DNA of 64,000 nucleotides, from positions 2,008-66,007 of the forward strand of contig DASSDL010000149.1 of assembly GCA_035697145.1 (NCBI GenBank). The letters run 5' to 3'. Below are positions 49,857 through 58,754 of the stretch, in pieces (position 1 is the first letter of the stretch; each line of letters begins with the position of its first letter). The notes beneath the pieces are model-generated. The model did not search any database, was not told the DNA's origin, and saw nothing but the letters and a program-made list of their open reading frames with translations. The position numbers and the translations under genes were made by a program. The DNA is from Acidimicrobiales bacterium (lineage in GTDB: Bacteria > Actinomycetota > Acidimicrobiia > Acidimicrobiales > VFJN01).

Positions 49857-51065
49857 GTGACCTCCGCCATCGACATGAGCCGGCGCGACGCCCGGCGGGT
49901 GGCGTTGGCCGCCCAGGGTTTCACCGACCCTCGTCCCCGGGGCCGGGTGGACCGACGGCACTTCCGGCGGGTGCTGGACCGGCTGGCCACCGTGCAGCTC
50001 GACTCGGTCAACGTGGTCACCCGCAGCCACGAGCTGGTCTTCTTCGCCCGGCTCGGCCCGTACGACCGCGATGCCCTCAGCCGCTGGCTGTGGGGCAGCC
50101 GCGAGGTGTTCGAGTACTGGGGCCACGAGGCCTCCCTGCACCCGGTCGAGCGCCATCGCCTCCTGCGCTGGCGCATGGCGGGCGAGCACGCCTGGGGCGG
50201 TGTCCGCCGGGTGGCCCGCGACAATCCCGAGCTGGTGACGGCGGCACTGGCCGAGGTGGCCGAGCGAGGGCCGGTCGTGATCGGCGACCTCGACGTCCAC
50301 CGCTCCTCCCCCCGCACCGAGAGCTGGTGGGGCTGGGGCGAGGGCAAGCGGGTGGTCGAGCACCTTTTCTACACCGGCCAGATCACGGCGGTCCGGCGTA
50401 ACGGCTTCTCCCGCGCCTACCTGCTTCCGGAGCGTTGGATCCCGGCCGACGCGTTGGCCGCGCCCACCCCCGGCGAAGCCGACGCGCGGCGCCGGCTGCT
50501 GCTAGTCGCAGCCCGGGCCCACGGCATCGGCACGGCCCGCGACCTGGCCGACTACTACCGGCTCAATGTGCCGGCGGCGGCCCCGCTGCTGGCGGAGCTG
50601 GCGGCCGACGGGGCCCTGGTGCCGGTGCGGGTGGAAGGCTGGCGCCAGCCCGCGTACCTGCACCCCGAGGCACACGTTCCGCGTCGCCGGCTGCGCAGGC
50701 GGGCGCTGCTGTCGCCATTCGACTCACTGATCTGGGAGCGCCAGCGGACCGAGCGCCTGTGGGATTTCGCCTACCGCATCGAGATCTACACGCCGGCGCC
50801 CAAGCGCGTGCACGGGTACTACGTGCTGCCGTTCCTGCTCGACGAGGCGCTGGTGGCCCGCGTGGATCTCAAGGCCGACCGCCGAGCGGAGGTGCTCCGC
50901 GTGAGAGCTGCCTGGGCCGAGGACGGTGTGCCCGACCGGGACCGCGTCGCCTCCGCGCTCGCGGCCGAGTTGGCGGCGATGGCCGCGTGGCTGGGGTTGG
51001 GCAAGGGAGTCGCCGTCGACCGCAGGGGCGACCTGGCGTCCGACCTGCGGCGCGCGGTGCCGTGA
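49857..51065 (+). CDS. YcaQ-family winged-helix protein (DNA interstrand-crosslink glycosylase-like, DUF1006)
   Basis: ARRVALAAQGF...LATVQLDSVNVVTRSHELVFFARLGPY...FEYWGHEASL...LLSPFDSLIWER.RTERLWDF.YRIEIYTPA.KR.HGYYVLPFL is the family pattern as I remember it. ATG 49875 is an alternative start. Confidence 0.7.
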   Translation: MTSAIDMSRRDARRVALAAQGFTDPRPRGRVDRRHFRRVLDRLATVQLDSVNVVTRSHELVFFARLGPYDRDALSRWLWGSREVFEYWGHEASLHPVERHRLLRWRMAGEHAWGGVRRVARDNPELVTAALAEVAERGPVVIGDLDVHRSSPRTESWWGWGEGKRVVEHLFYTGQITAVRRNGFSRAYLLPERWIPADALAAPTPGEADARRRLLLVAARAHGIGTARDLADYYRLNVPAAAPLLAELAADGALVPVRVEGWRQPAYLHPEAHVPRRRLRRRALLSPFDSLIWERQRTERLWDFAYRIEIYTPAPKRVHGYYVLPFLLDEALVARVDLKADRRAEVLRVRAAWAEDGVPDRDRVASALAAELAAMAAWLGLGKGVAVDRRGDLASDLRRAVP

Positions 51066-51085
51066 CGCCGTTTCCCGCACCGCGA

Positions 51086-51688
51086 TCAGGGCTGGTAGCG
51101 ATCGGTGTACGTCTTGCCGGCGGCGGGTTCCCGCCGAGGGGCACCGAGGGGGCGGGCCGGGCGGCCGATGGGCACGACGGCGATCGGCTCGATGCCCTCC
51201 GGAAGTTCGACGATGCTGCGCAGCTCGGCGGACGCCACGGTCGCGAGCGTCATGAGGGCGGAGCCGTAGCCCAATGCATTGGCCGCCAGGAGCAGGTTCT
51301 GCACCGCAGGAAAGACCGACGCCCCCAACATGCGCCGGGTGACGCCGTCGCGGCCGTCGCCGGCCACCACCACCAGCACGGGCGCGCCGCCGAAGCCGGA
51401 GCGGACCGCATCGTCGACCTCGGCGAACAGCGCGGCGGGAAGACGCGGCCGAGAATGCTCACCCGCACCACCATCCCAGAGCCGTTGCGTCAGCTCCGCG
51501 ATGCGCCGCCTCCGATCGGCGTCCCGTACGACGACGAACACCCAGGGCTGCGCGTTCTCCGCGCTCGGGGCGTGCACGGCGGCGTCGAGGATCCGGGCGA
51601 CGTCCTCATCCGGAACCGGATCGGGCGCGAAGGCGCGGCACGCCCGCTGGCGCAGCACCACGTCGAAGAAGAGCAGACCCTGGCCCAA
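51086..51688 (-). CDS. nitroreductase family protein
   Basis: RQRACRAFAPDPVPDEDVARILDAAVHAPSAENAQPWVFVVV is the typical nitroreductase N-terminal motif. Confidence 0.8.
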   Translation of the reverse strand: MGQGLLFFDVVLRQRACRAFAPDPVPDEDVARILDAAVHAPSAENAQPWVFVVVRDADRRRRIAELTQRLWDGGAGEHSRPRLPAALFAEVDDAVRSGFGGAPVLVVVAGDGRDGVTRRMLGASVFPAVQNLLLAANALGYGSALMTLATVASAELRSIVELPEGIEPIAVVPIGRPARPLGAPRREPAAGKTYTDRYQP

Positions 51689-51719
51689 GCGCGGGCAGGC
51701 TAGTGCCGTGACCAGGGTG

Positions 51720-52667
51720 TCAGCCGGGCAGGGTCAGGATCTCGGCGCCGCCGTCGTTGACCAGGAGCGTGTGCTCGAACTGGGCGGTGCGACGCCGGTC
51801 GACGGTGACCGCCGTCCAGCCGTCGCTCCAGAGCTGGTGCTGCCACGCACCCATGGTGATCATCGGCTCGATGGTGAAGGTCATGCCCGGCTCGATGACG
51901 GTGGTCGCCCGCGGGTCGTCGTAGTGCGGGATCTGCAGGTCGCTGTGGAACTGCTCGCCGATGCCGTGGCCGACGAACGCTCGCACGACCCCGTAGCCGT
52001 GTCCCTCGGCGTGCCCCTGGATGGCGCGGCCGATATCGCGGATCGGGCGGCCGGGTGACACGGCGCCAATGCCTCGATCAAGGCACTCGCGGGTCAGCCG
52101 GATCAGCTCCGCCGAGCCCTCGTCGATGGTGCCGACCGGGAAGGTGGCGTTGGTGTCGCCGTGCACGCCGTCGAGGAAGATGGTGACGTCGAGGTTGACG
52201 ATGTCGCCGTCGATCAGGGCGCGGTCGTCGGGTATGCCGTGGCAGATGACCTCGTTGACGGACGTGCAGAGCGACTTGGGGAAGGCGCCGTAGTTGAGGG
52301 GGCTGGGATAGCCACCCCGCCTGATGCACTCGTCGTGGCACAGGGCGTCGAGCTCGTCGGTGGTGACGCCCGGCGCCACCGCCGCGCCCACGGTCTGCAG
52401 CACCTCGGCGGCCGCCCGGCCGGCGCGGCGCATGCGCTCGATCACGTCGGGCGGTCGCACGTGCGATTCGGCGCGCCGCACCGGCACACCGGTCTCGGCG
52501 TAGGGCGGCCGCGGGATGTCTTCCGGCACCGGGCGGGGCGGGCCCACTCGTCCGGGACGGATGTGGTCGGTGCTGGCCTTGTGGCAGCGCTTGAACTTGC
52601 GGCCGCTGCCGCACCAGCAGGGGTCGTTGGCCTTGAGGGCGAGGGCGGTCATCGAGCTGGTTGCCAT
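51720..52667 (-). CDS. map: type I methionyl aminopeptidase with N-terminal SEC-C zinc-binding motif
   Basis: Residues 16-29 (PCWCGSGRKFKRCH) form a SEC-C-type CxC...C/H motif, followed by a Pro-rich linker. The MetAP core follows (GYPSPLNYGAFPKSLCTSVNEVICHGIP, DIVNLDVT, GHGIGEQFH, TIEPM, AQFEHT). Confidence 0.88.
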   Translation of the reverse strand: MATSSMTALALKANDPCWCGSGRKFKRCHKASTDHIRPGRVGPPRPVPEDIPRPPYAETGVPVRRAESHVRPPDVIERMRRAGRAAAEVLQTVGAAVAPGVTTDELDALCHDECIRRGGYPSPLNYGAFPKSLCTSVNEVICHGIPDDRALIDGDIVNLDVTIFLDGVHGDTNATFPVGTIDEGSAELIRLTRECLDRGIGAVSPGRPIRDIGRAIQGHAEGHGYGVVRAFVGHGIGEQFHSDLQIPHYDDPRATTVIEPGMTFTIEPMITMGAWQHQLWSDGWTAVTVDRRRTAQFEHTLLVNDGGAEILTLPG

Positions 52668-52774
52668 GACCCGTCCAGGCTACCGACCACGTCGCTTGGC
52701 GGACGGCGCGGAATGATGGGGTCCGGCAACCCACGCCCGGACCCCGGTCGGGCGCACACCGCCAGGAGGTGACG

Positions 52775-53884
52775 ATGCAGGTCGTGCTCGAGGGCGTCGA
52801 GCTGCGCGTCGTGCGGATGCCCCTCGCCGAACCCTTCGTCACCGCCCACGGCACCCGTCGTAACCGGGAGCTCGTGGTGGTGCGAGCCGTGGCAACCGAG
52901 GGACCCGCGGGCTGGGGCGAGTGCGTGGCCGAGCCGGAGCCGACCTACTGGCCGGAGTACTCCGCCGGCGCGCTGCACGTGCTGGAGCACCACCTGGTCC
53001 CCCGCCTGCTCGAGGGCAGGTCGCTGCGGGAGGTTCGGGGCCACCACATGGCCAAGGCCGCGCTCGAGTGCGCCGCGCTCGACGCCGGCCTGCGGGCGGA
53101 CGGCCGGTCGGTGGCCGCCTTCCTGGGCGCCACGCGCCCTGTCGTGCCCACCGGCATCGCCGTCGGCATCGCCAGGACCGTCGACGGCCTGATCGAGTCC
53201 GTCGTCCGCTGGCGCGACCAGGGCCACCGGGCGTTCAAGATCAAGGTCCGCCCGGGCTGGGACGTCGAGCCTGTGGGCGCCGTCCGCGAGGACGTCGGCG
53301 ACGAGGTCGCCCTCCTGGTGGACGCCAACGGCAGCTTCCGCAGCGACAACCCGGAGGACATGGCCACCCTTGGCCGGCTGGCAGCGCCCGACCTGGGGCT
53401 GGTCGCCATCGAGCAGCCGTTCGCCCCCGACGACCTCGTGGGCCACGCCCGCCTGGCCCGCCAGATCGACGTGCCGGTGTGCCTCGACGAGTCGATCGGC
53501 TCGCTGGCCGACCTCGACACGGCGCTGGCGCTCGGGGCGTGCGGGGCGGTGAGCCTCAAGGCGGGTCGGGTCGGCGGGCTCGTCGAGGCCCGCCGGGTGC
53601 ACCAGCGCTGCCGCGACGCCGGCGTGTCGCTGCGCTGCGGCGGCATGCTCGAGACAGGCATCGGCCGCGCCGTCAACCTGGCCATCGCCGCGCTGCCCGG
53701 ATGCAACCTCCCACCCGACCTCGGACCGTCGTCGCGCTACTTCACGACCGACCTCACGCCCCCGTTCGACTCGAGGGGTGGCACCATGATCGTGCCCAGC
53801 GGGGCCGGCCTCGGGGTCGAGCCGCTGATGGAGGTGCTCGAGGACATGACGGTGAGCAAACGGATGCTGCGGGCCGCGACATGA
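52775..53884 (+). CDS. enolase-superfamily o-succinylbenzoate synthase / N-acylamino-acid racemase-like enzyme
   Basis: FKIKVRPG (KxK), LLVDANGSF (Asp), IEQPF (Glu), LDESI (Asp) and VSLKAGRVGG (second Lys). AGGAGG precedes ATG 52775. OSBS versus NSAR cannot be resolved from the sequence alone. Confidence 0.75.
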   Translation: MQVVLEGVELRVVRMPLAEPFVTAHGTRRNRELVVVRAVATEGPAGWGECVAEPEPTYWPEYSAGALHVLEHHLVPRLLEGRSLREVRGHHMAKAALECAALDAGLRADGRSVAAFLGATRPVVPTGIAVGIARTVDGLIESVVRWRDQGHRAFKIKVRPGWDVEPVGAVREDVGDEVALLVDANGSFRSDNPEDMATLGRLAAPDLGLVAIEQPFAPDDLVGHARLARQIDVPVCLDESIGSLADLDTALALGACGAVSLKAGRVGGLVEARRVHQRCRDAGVSLRCGGMLETGIGRAVNLAIAALPGCNLPPDLGPSSRYFTTDLTPPFDSRGGTMIVPSGAGLGVEPLMEVLEDMTVSKRMLRAAT

Positions 53885-55161
53885 CGGCCGGGCACGCCGC
53901 GGAGCCCGGGCCCGTGACCGGGCGCGGGTTGCCGGTGACCGCCGACGACGTCGTGGCCGCCGCCGAGCGCCTCGCCGGGTCGATCGAGCGGACCCCCAGC
54001 GCCCATTCCCGGACCCTGTCCCAGGTGCTGGGATGCCACGTGGTGGTGAAGTTCGAGAACCTGCAGTTCATCGCGTCGTTCAAGGAGCGGGGCGCCCTCA
54101 ACAAGCTGCTCCAGCTCGACGACGGCGAGCGAGCCAAGGGCGTCGTCGCCATGTCGGCCGGCAACCACGCCCAGGCCGTCGCCTACCACGCCAGCCGGCT
54201 CGGGATCGACGCCACCATCGTCATGCCCACCAACACCCCGTTCGTGAAGGTGCAACGCACGCGCGAGCTGGGGGCGACCGTCCTGCTCCTGGGCGACGGG
54301 CTGGCGGAGGCCGAAACCGAGGCCCTGCGCCTGGCCGGCGACGAGGGCCGCACCTACGTGCATCCCTTCGACGACCCTGCGGTCATCGCCGGGCAGGGGA
54401 CCTGCGCGCTGGAGATGCTGGCCGACGACCCCGACCTCGACGCGCTGGTGGTGCCGGTCGGCGGCGGCGGCCTGTTGGCCGGTATGGCGGTGGCCGCCAG
54501 GAGCCTGTCACCGTCGATCGAGCTCGTCGGTGTCCAGACCGAGCGCTATCCGTCCATGGCCGCCCACGTCAACCAGGCGGATTTGCCCTGCGGCGGATCG
54601 ACCATCGCCGAAGGCATCGCCGTCCCCCGCGCCGGCGACCTGACGGGCCGGATCATCGCCGCCCTGGCGGACGACGTGATCACGGTGAGGGAGGAGAGCA
54701 TCGAGCAGGGCATGAACCTGCTGCTGGAGATCGAGAAGGTGGTGGCCGAGGGTGCCGGTGCCGCCGGCGTCGCCGCCCTCCTCGAGCAGCGGCAGCGCTT
54801 CGCCGGCAGGAAGGTTGGCGTGGTGATCACCGGCGGCAACGTGGACCCGCGGCTGCTGGCGTCGGTCATCATGCGGGGCCTGATCCGGAGCGGCCGGCTG
54901 ACCCGCCTGCACGTGGAGGTGCCCGACGTCCCCGGCAGCATGGGCGACCTCGCCACGGTCCTCGGCCGGGTGGGGGCCAACATCGTCGAGATCCTGCACC
55001 AGCGCATGTTCGTGGACATGTCCGCCAAGTCGGCCGAGATCGAGGTCACGATCGAGACCCTCGACAAGCACCACGTCGACCGCGTGGTCGCCGCCCTCGA
55101 GGACGCTGGCTACACGGCCTCGCTGGGCCGCTTCACCCACCGGGAGGTCCCGCCGGCCTGA
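53881..55161 (+). CDS. ilvA: threonine ammonia-lyase (threonine dehydratase), single-ACT type
   Basis: FENLQFIASFKERGALN (PLP Lys), SAGNHAQAVAYHA, VPVGGGGLLAG, and a C-terminal ACT-like domain (LHVEVPDVPGSMGDLATVLG). ATG 53881 overlaps the upstream stop (ATGA). Confidence 0.88.
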   Translation: MTAGHAAEPGPVTGRGLPVTADDVVAAAERLAGSIERTPSAHSRTLSQVLGCHVVVKFENLQFIASFKERGALNKLLQLDDGERAKGVVAMSAGNHAQAVAYHASRLGIDATIVMPTNTPFVKVQRTRELGATVLLLGDGLAEAETEALRLAGDEGRTYVHPFDDPAVIAGQGTCALEMLADDPDLDALVVPVGGGGLLAGMAVAARSLSPSIELVGVQTERYPSMAAHVNQADLPCGGSTIAEGIAVPRAGDLTGRIIAALADDVITVREESIEQGMNLLLEIEKVVAEGAGAAGVAALLEQRQRFAGRKVGVVITGGNVDPRLLASVIMRGLIRSGRLTRLHVEVPDVPGSMGDLATVLGRVGANIVEILHQRMFVDMSAKSAEIEVTIETLDKHHVDRVVAALEDAGYTASLGRFTHREVPPA

Positions 55162-55202
55162 ACCCGGATTCGGCGGTAGCCGACGAGGGTACGCGTGTGG
55201 GC

Positions 55203-55625
55203 ATGGATCCTGACCAGACCGGCGAGGACTTCGACGACGAGCTGCTTGCCGACGAGTTCCCGCCCGACGAGCCACTGGCGATCGAGGACGAAGGCGTCAC
55301 CGGGGTGGAGCAGCTGGGCGGGGAATCGTTCGCCGAGCGCGACGAGCGCACCGAACCGGAAGCGTGGGAGCAGCCCGTCGGAGCCGGCGAGACGGACACG
55401 GGCGTGGAGCTGGCGGGCGACGACGCGGGCGTGCCCGACACCGAGAAGGACCTGGTCGGCGAGCGGGCCGGGGCCGAGCAGGACGATGAGCAGGGACCCC
55501 TCGCGCCCGACGACGAGTTCAGCGGCGACGAGACCACCCGAGATGTCGCCACCGAGCGGGTGACGCCGCCGGCGGAGGACGCCGCCGTCCACGTCGACGA
55601 CGAGGCCCCGGGCGCCACGCCCTGA
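55203..55625 (+). CDS. highly acidic DUF5709-like protein
   Basis: About 140 aa and very Asp/Glu-rich. The C-terminal ...LAPDDEFSGDETTRDVATE...AEDAAVHV resembles the DUF5709 terminus seen in actinobacteria. Confidence 0.5.
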   Translation: MDPDQTGEDFDDELLADEFPPDEPLAIEDEGVTGVEQLGGESFAERDERTEPEAWEQPVGAGETDTGVELAGDDAGVPDTEKDLVGERAGAEQDDEQGPLAPDDEFSGDETTRDVATERVTPPAEDAAVHVDDEAPGATP

Positions 55626-55653
55626 CCCCGCTGAGAATCGGCAAAGGTGGGAC

Positions 55654-57081
55654 GTGCTCGACGCCGTCGTCGTGGGATCGGGTCCCAACGGGCTGACCGC
55701 CGCCGTGACGCTGGCGCGGGCCGGGTTGCGCGTCCGCGTGTTCGAGGCCTCCGCCAGGGCGGGAGGCGGCACCCGCACCGAGGAGCTCACACTGCCGGGC
55801 TTCCGCCACGACGTGTGCTCGGCCGTCCATCCCTTCGGGGTGGGGTCGCCGGCGCTGGCGGCGCTGCCCCTGGCCGACCATGGCCTCAAGTGGGTCCACC
55901 CCGACCTGGCGCTGGCCCACCCGCTCCTCGACGGGTCGGCCGCGGTGTTGGCCCGTTCGGTCGACGAGACCGTCGCCTCGCTCGGCCGCGACGACCGGGC
56001 GTGGCGGAGGCTGGTCGGGCCCTTCCTCGGGCGCTGGTCGGACCTGGCGGGCGACGTCCTCGGCCCGATCGCCATGGGCCTCCCCCGCCACCCGGTGCTG
56101 CTGGCGCGTTTCGGCCTGCGGGCGGTGTGGCCGGTCCAGCTGGCGGCGCGGGCCTTTCGCGAGGACCGCACCCGCATGCTGCTGGCGGGCATCGCCGGGC
56201 ACGCCATCGTCCCGCCGACCTCGCCGCTCACGACCTCCGTGGGGTTGATGCTGGCGCTCGCCGCCCACGAGGTGGGTTGGCCCGTGGCGCGCGGTGGATC
56301 GCAGGCGATCGCCGACTCGCTCGTCTCCTATCTCGAGTCGCTGGGCGGCGAGGTCGAGACCGGGACGCTCGTCACTGCGCTCGGCCAGCTGCCCGGCGCC
56401 CGCGCCTATCTGTTCGACGTGATGCCGCGCGACCTGGCCGCGATCGCCGGTGACCGCCTGCCGGACCGGTACCGGACGCAACTCGGCCGCTACCGGCACG
56501 GGCCGGCGGTGTTCAAGGTGGACTACGCGCTGGCCGACGCCGTCCCGTGGAAGGCCGCGGAGTGCCGTCGGGCGGCGACCGTCCACCTCGGCGCATCGCT
56601 CGGCGAGATCGGTGGCGCGTTGGCCGCCGTGGCCGCCGGGCGGCCGCCGGACCCGCCGTTCCTCATCGTGGCCCAGCCGACGATCATCGACGCATCGCGG
56701 GCACCCGAGGGCCGGCACACCTTGTGGGCGTACGGCCATGTGCCCCGCGGCTGGCACGGCGACCTGACCAGCGCCATCGAGGACCAGATCGAGCGATTCG
56801 CCCCCGGCTTCCGCGAGCTGGTCATGGGCCGGTCGGCCTGGGGCCCGCCGGAGCTGCAGGCCCACAACCGCAGCATGATCGACGGCGACATCGCCGGTGG
56901 CGCCTTCCAGGGCCGCCAGGTCTTGTTCCGGCCGGTCGTCGCCCAGGTCCCGTACGCCACGCCCGATCCCGCCATCTTCCTGTGCTCCGCGGCGACGCCG
57001 CCGGGGCCCGGCGTCCACGGCATGGGCGGGTTCCTCGCCGCGCAGGTCGCGCTCCGCCGAGTGTTCGGTTTGACCGCCTGA
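55654..57081 (+). CDS. phytoene-desaturase-family (CrtI-like) NAD(P)/FAD-dependent oxidoreductase
   Basis: LDAVVVGSGPNGLTAAVTLARAGLRVRVFEA..RAGGG (dinucleotide fold) and the C-terminal GPGVHGMGG. GTG start after AAGGTGGG. Confidence 0.75.
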   Translation: MLDAVVVGSGPNGLTAAVTLARAGLRVRVFEASARAGGGTRTEELTLPGFRHDVCSAVHPFGVGSPALAALPLADHGLKWVHPDLALAHPLLDGSAAVLARSVDETVASLGRDDRAWRRLVGPFLGRWSDLAGDVLGPIAMGLPRHPVLLARFGLRAVWPVQLAARAFREDRTRMLLAGIAGHAIVPPTSPLTTSVGLMLALAAHEVGWPVARGGSQAIADSLVSYLESLGGEVETGTLVTALGQLPGARAYLFDVMPRDLAAIAGDRLPDRYRTQLGRYRHGPAVFKVDYALADAVPWKAAECRRAATVHLGASLGEIGGALAAVAAGRPPDPPFLIVAQPTIIDASRAPEGRHTLWAYGHVPRGWHGDLTSAIEDQIERFAPGFRELVMGRSAWGPPELQAHNRSMIDGDIAGGAFQGRQVLFRPVVAQVPYATPDPAIFLCSAATPPGPGVHGMGGFLAAQVALRRVFGLTA

Positions 57082-57144
57082 GGGCCCGTCCGGCGCGAAG
57101 CTGGCAGTCACACGCCTGGGGGGAGCGCCACACGGGATCGTCGC

Positions 57145-58599
57145 ATGGACTGGCTCGCGGCACCGGAGTACTACCTGGCCCGACTGGTGATCCAGCGGGG
57201 CCTCGGCGTCATCTACCTGCTTGCGTTCGCCGTTGCCATCAACCAGTTCCGGCCGCTGCTGGGCGAACGGGGGCTGCTGCCCGTCCCGCGCTACGTCCGC
57301 TTGGCAGGTTGGTCGCGGGCACCCAGCCTCTTCACGCTCCACTACAGCGACCGTCTCCTCGGTGTCGTGGCGTGGACAGGCGCCGGCCTCGCAGTGCTGG
57401 TGGTGCTCGGCCTGCCCGAGCAGGGCCCGATCGGCGGGTCGATGGTCGTGTGGTTCGCGCTGTGGGTGCTCTACCTGTCGATCGTCAACGTCGGCCAGAC
57501 GTTCTACGGCTTCGGCTGGGAGTCGCTCCTGCTCGAGGCCGGGTTCCTGGCCATCTTCCTGGGACCGACCGACATCGCCCCGCCGCTGCCGGTGATCATC
57601 CTCCTGCGCTGGCTGCTGTTCCGCGTCGAGTTCGGGGCCGGCCTCATCAAGCTGCGGGGCGACCGGTGCTGGCGGCGCCTGACCTGCCTCGACTACCACC
57701 ACGAGACCCAGCCGATGCCGAACCCGCTCAGCTGGTGGTTCCACCGCCTGCCGGCGCCACTCCACCGGGTGGAGGTGGCCGCCAATCACGTCACCCAACT
57801 GGTGGTGCCGTTCCTGCTGTTCACGCCCCAGCCCTACGCTTCGGTGGCCGGCGTGATCATGATCGTCACCCAGGGCTGGCTGGTGCTGAGCGGCAACTTC
57901 TCGTGGCTGAACGTGGTGACCATGACCCTCGCCTTCAGCGCGCTCGACAACCGGATCCTCGAGACGGTGCTGCCGGCCTCGCCCCCGGCCCTGCTGCCCG
58001 ACCCACCGGCCTGGTTCGGTGCCCTGACCCTGGCGCTGGCGGCGACCTTCGTGGTCCTCAGCTGGTGGCCCGTCCGCAACATGCTCTCGTCGCGCCAGGC
58101 CATGAACCTCAGCTTCAACCGCCTGCACCTCGTCAACACCTACGGGGCCTTCGGGACCATCAGCCGGGAGCGGCACGAGGTGGTGATCGAGGGCACGGGC
58201 GACGCGGCCATCACGCCGACAACCGACTGGCGGCCCTACGAGTTCAAGGGGAAGCCAGGTGATCCCCGCCGCCGGCCACCGCAGGTCGCGCCCTACCACC
58301 TGCGGTTGGACTGGCTCATGTGGTTCGCGGCGTTGTCGCCGGGCTACGCCGAGCCCTGGCTGCCCCGCCTGGCGGCGAAGCTGCTGGAGGGCGACCAGGC
58401 CACACTTCGCCTGCTTCGCCGGCGGGGCAACCCGTTCCCCGACCGACCCCCGGCCTTCGTGCGGGCCCGGCTGTTTCGCTACCGCTACTCCACGCGGGCC
58501 GAGCGCAGAACGGACGGCGCCTGGTGGGTGCGGACCGAGGTGGGCATCTACCTGCCACCCGTCCGCCGGGCACCGAACGCCACCACGAGCCCGCCGTGA
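57145..58599 (+). CDS. lipase maturation factor (LMF1-like, DUF1222) family membrane protein
   Basis: YYLARLVIQRGLGVIYLLAFAVAINQFRPLLGERGLLPV...GWESLLLEAGFLAIFLGP...FRVEFGAGLIKLRGD.CWR.LTCL.YH.ETQP.PN and the C-terminal RYRYST matches my recollection of the LMF family. Confidence 0.7.
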   Translation: MDWLAAPEYYLARLVIQRGLGVIYLLAFAVAINQFRPLLGERGLLPVPRYVRLAGWSRAPSLFTLHYSDRLLGVVAWTGAGLAVLVVLGLPEQGPIGGSMVVWFALWVLYLSIVNVGQTFYGFGWESLLLEAGFLAIFLGPTDIAPPLPVIILLRWLLFRVEFGAGLIKLRGDRCWRRLTCLDYHHETQPMPNPLSWWFHRLPAPLHRVEVAANHVTQLVVPFLLFTPQPYASVAGVIMIVTQGWLVLSGNFSWLNVVTMTLAFSALDNRILETVLPASPPALLPDPPAWFGALTLALAATFVVLSWWPVRNMLSSRQAMNLSFNRLHLVNTYGAFGTISRERHEVVIEGTGDAAITPTTDWRPYEFKGKPGDPRRRPPQVAPYHLRLDWLMWFAALSPGYAEPWLPRLAAKLLEGDQATLRLLRRRGNPFPDRPPAFVRARLFRYRYSTRAERRTDGAWWVRTEVGIYLPPVRRAPNATTSPP

Positions 58600-58754
58600 A
58601 GCTCCTCGCGGCGCGAGCCCCCGTGTCGTCGTCGATCGACGAGGCGGAATAAGGTGCGCCCGACGGCCCGAGGCCGACCGCACAGGAGGCAGGGCCGAGC
58701 GGGCCGCTGTGCAGCGGCAAGGGCGCACGGCACGTAGCTGACGGGGAGGTAATC

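Noticed and set aside
55519-58728. 1069-aa ORF on the minus strand, the longest ORF in the window.
   Set aside because: It is antisense to the CrtI-like oxidoreductase and LMF-family genes, which have clear family signatures. The product is extremely Arg/Gly/Pro/Glu-rich and featureless, so it is a GC-bias artefact.
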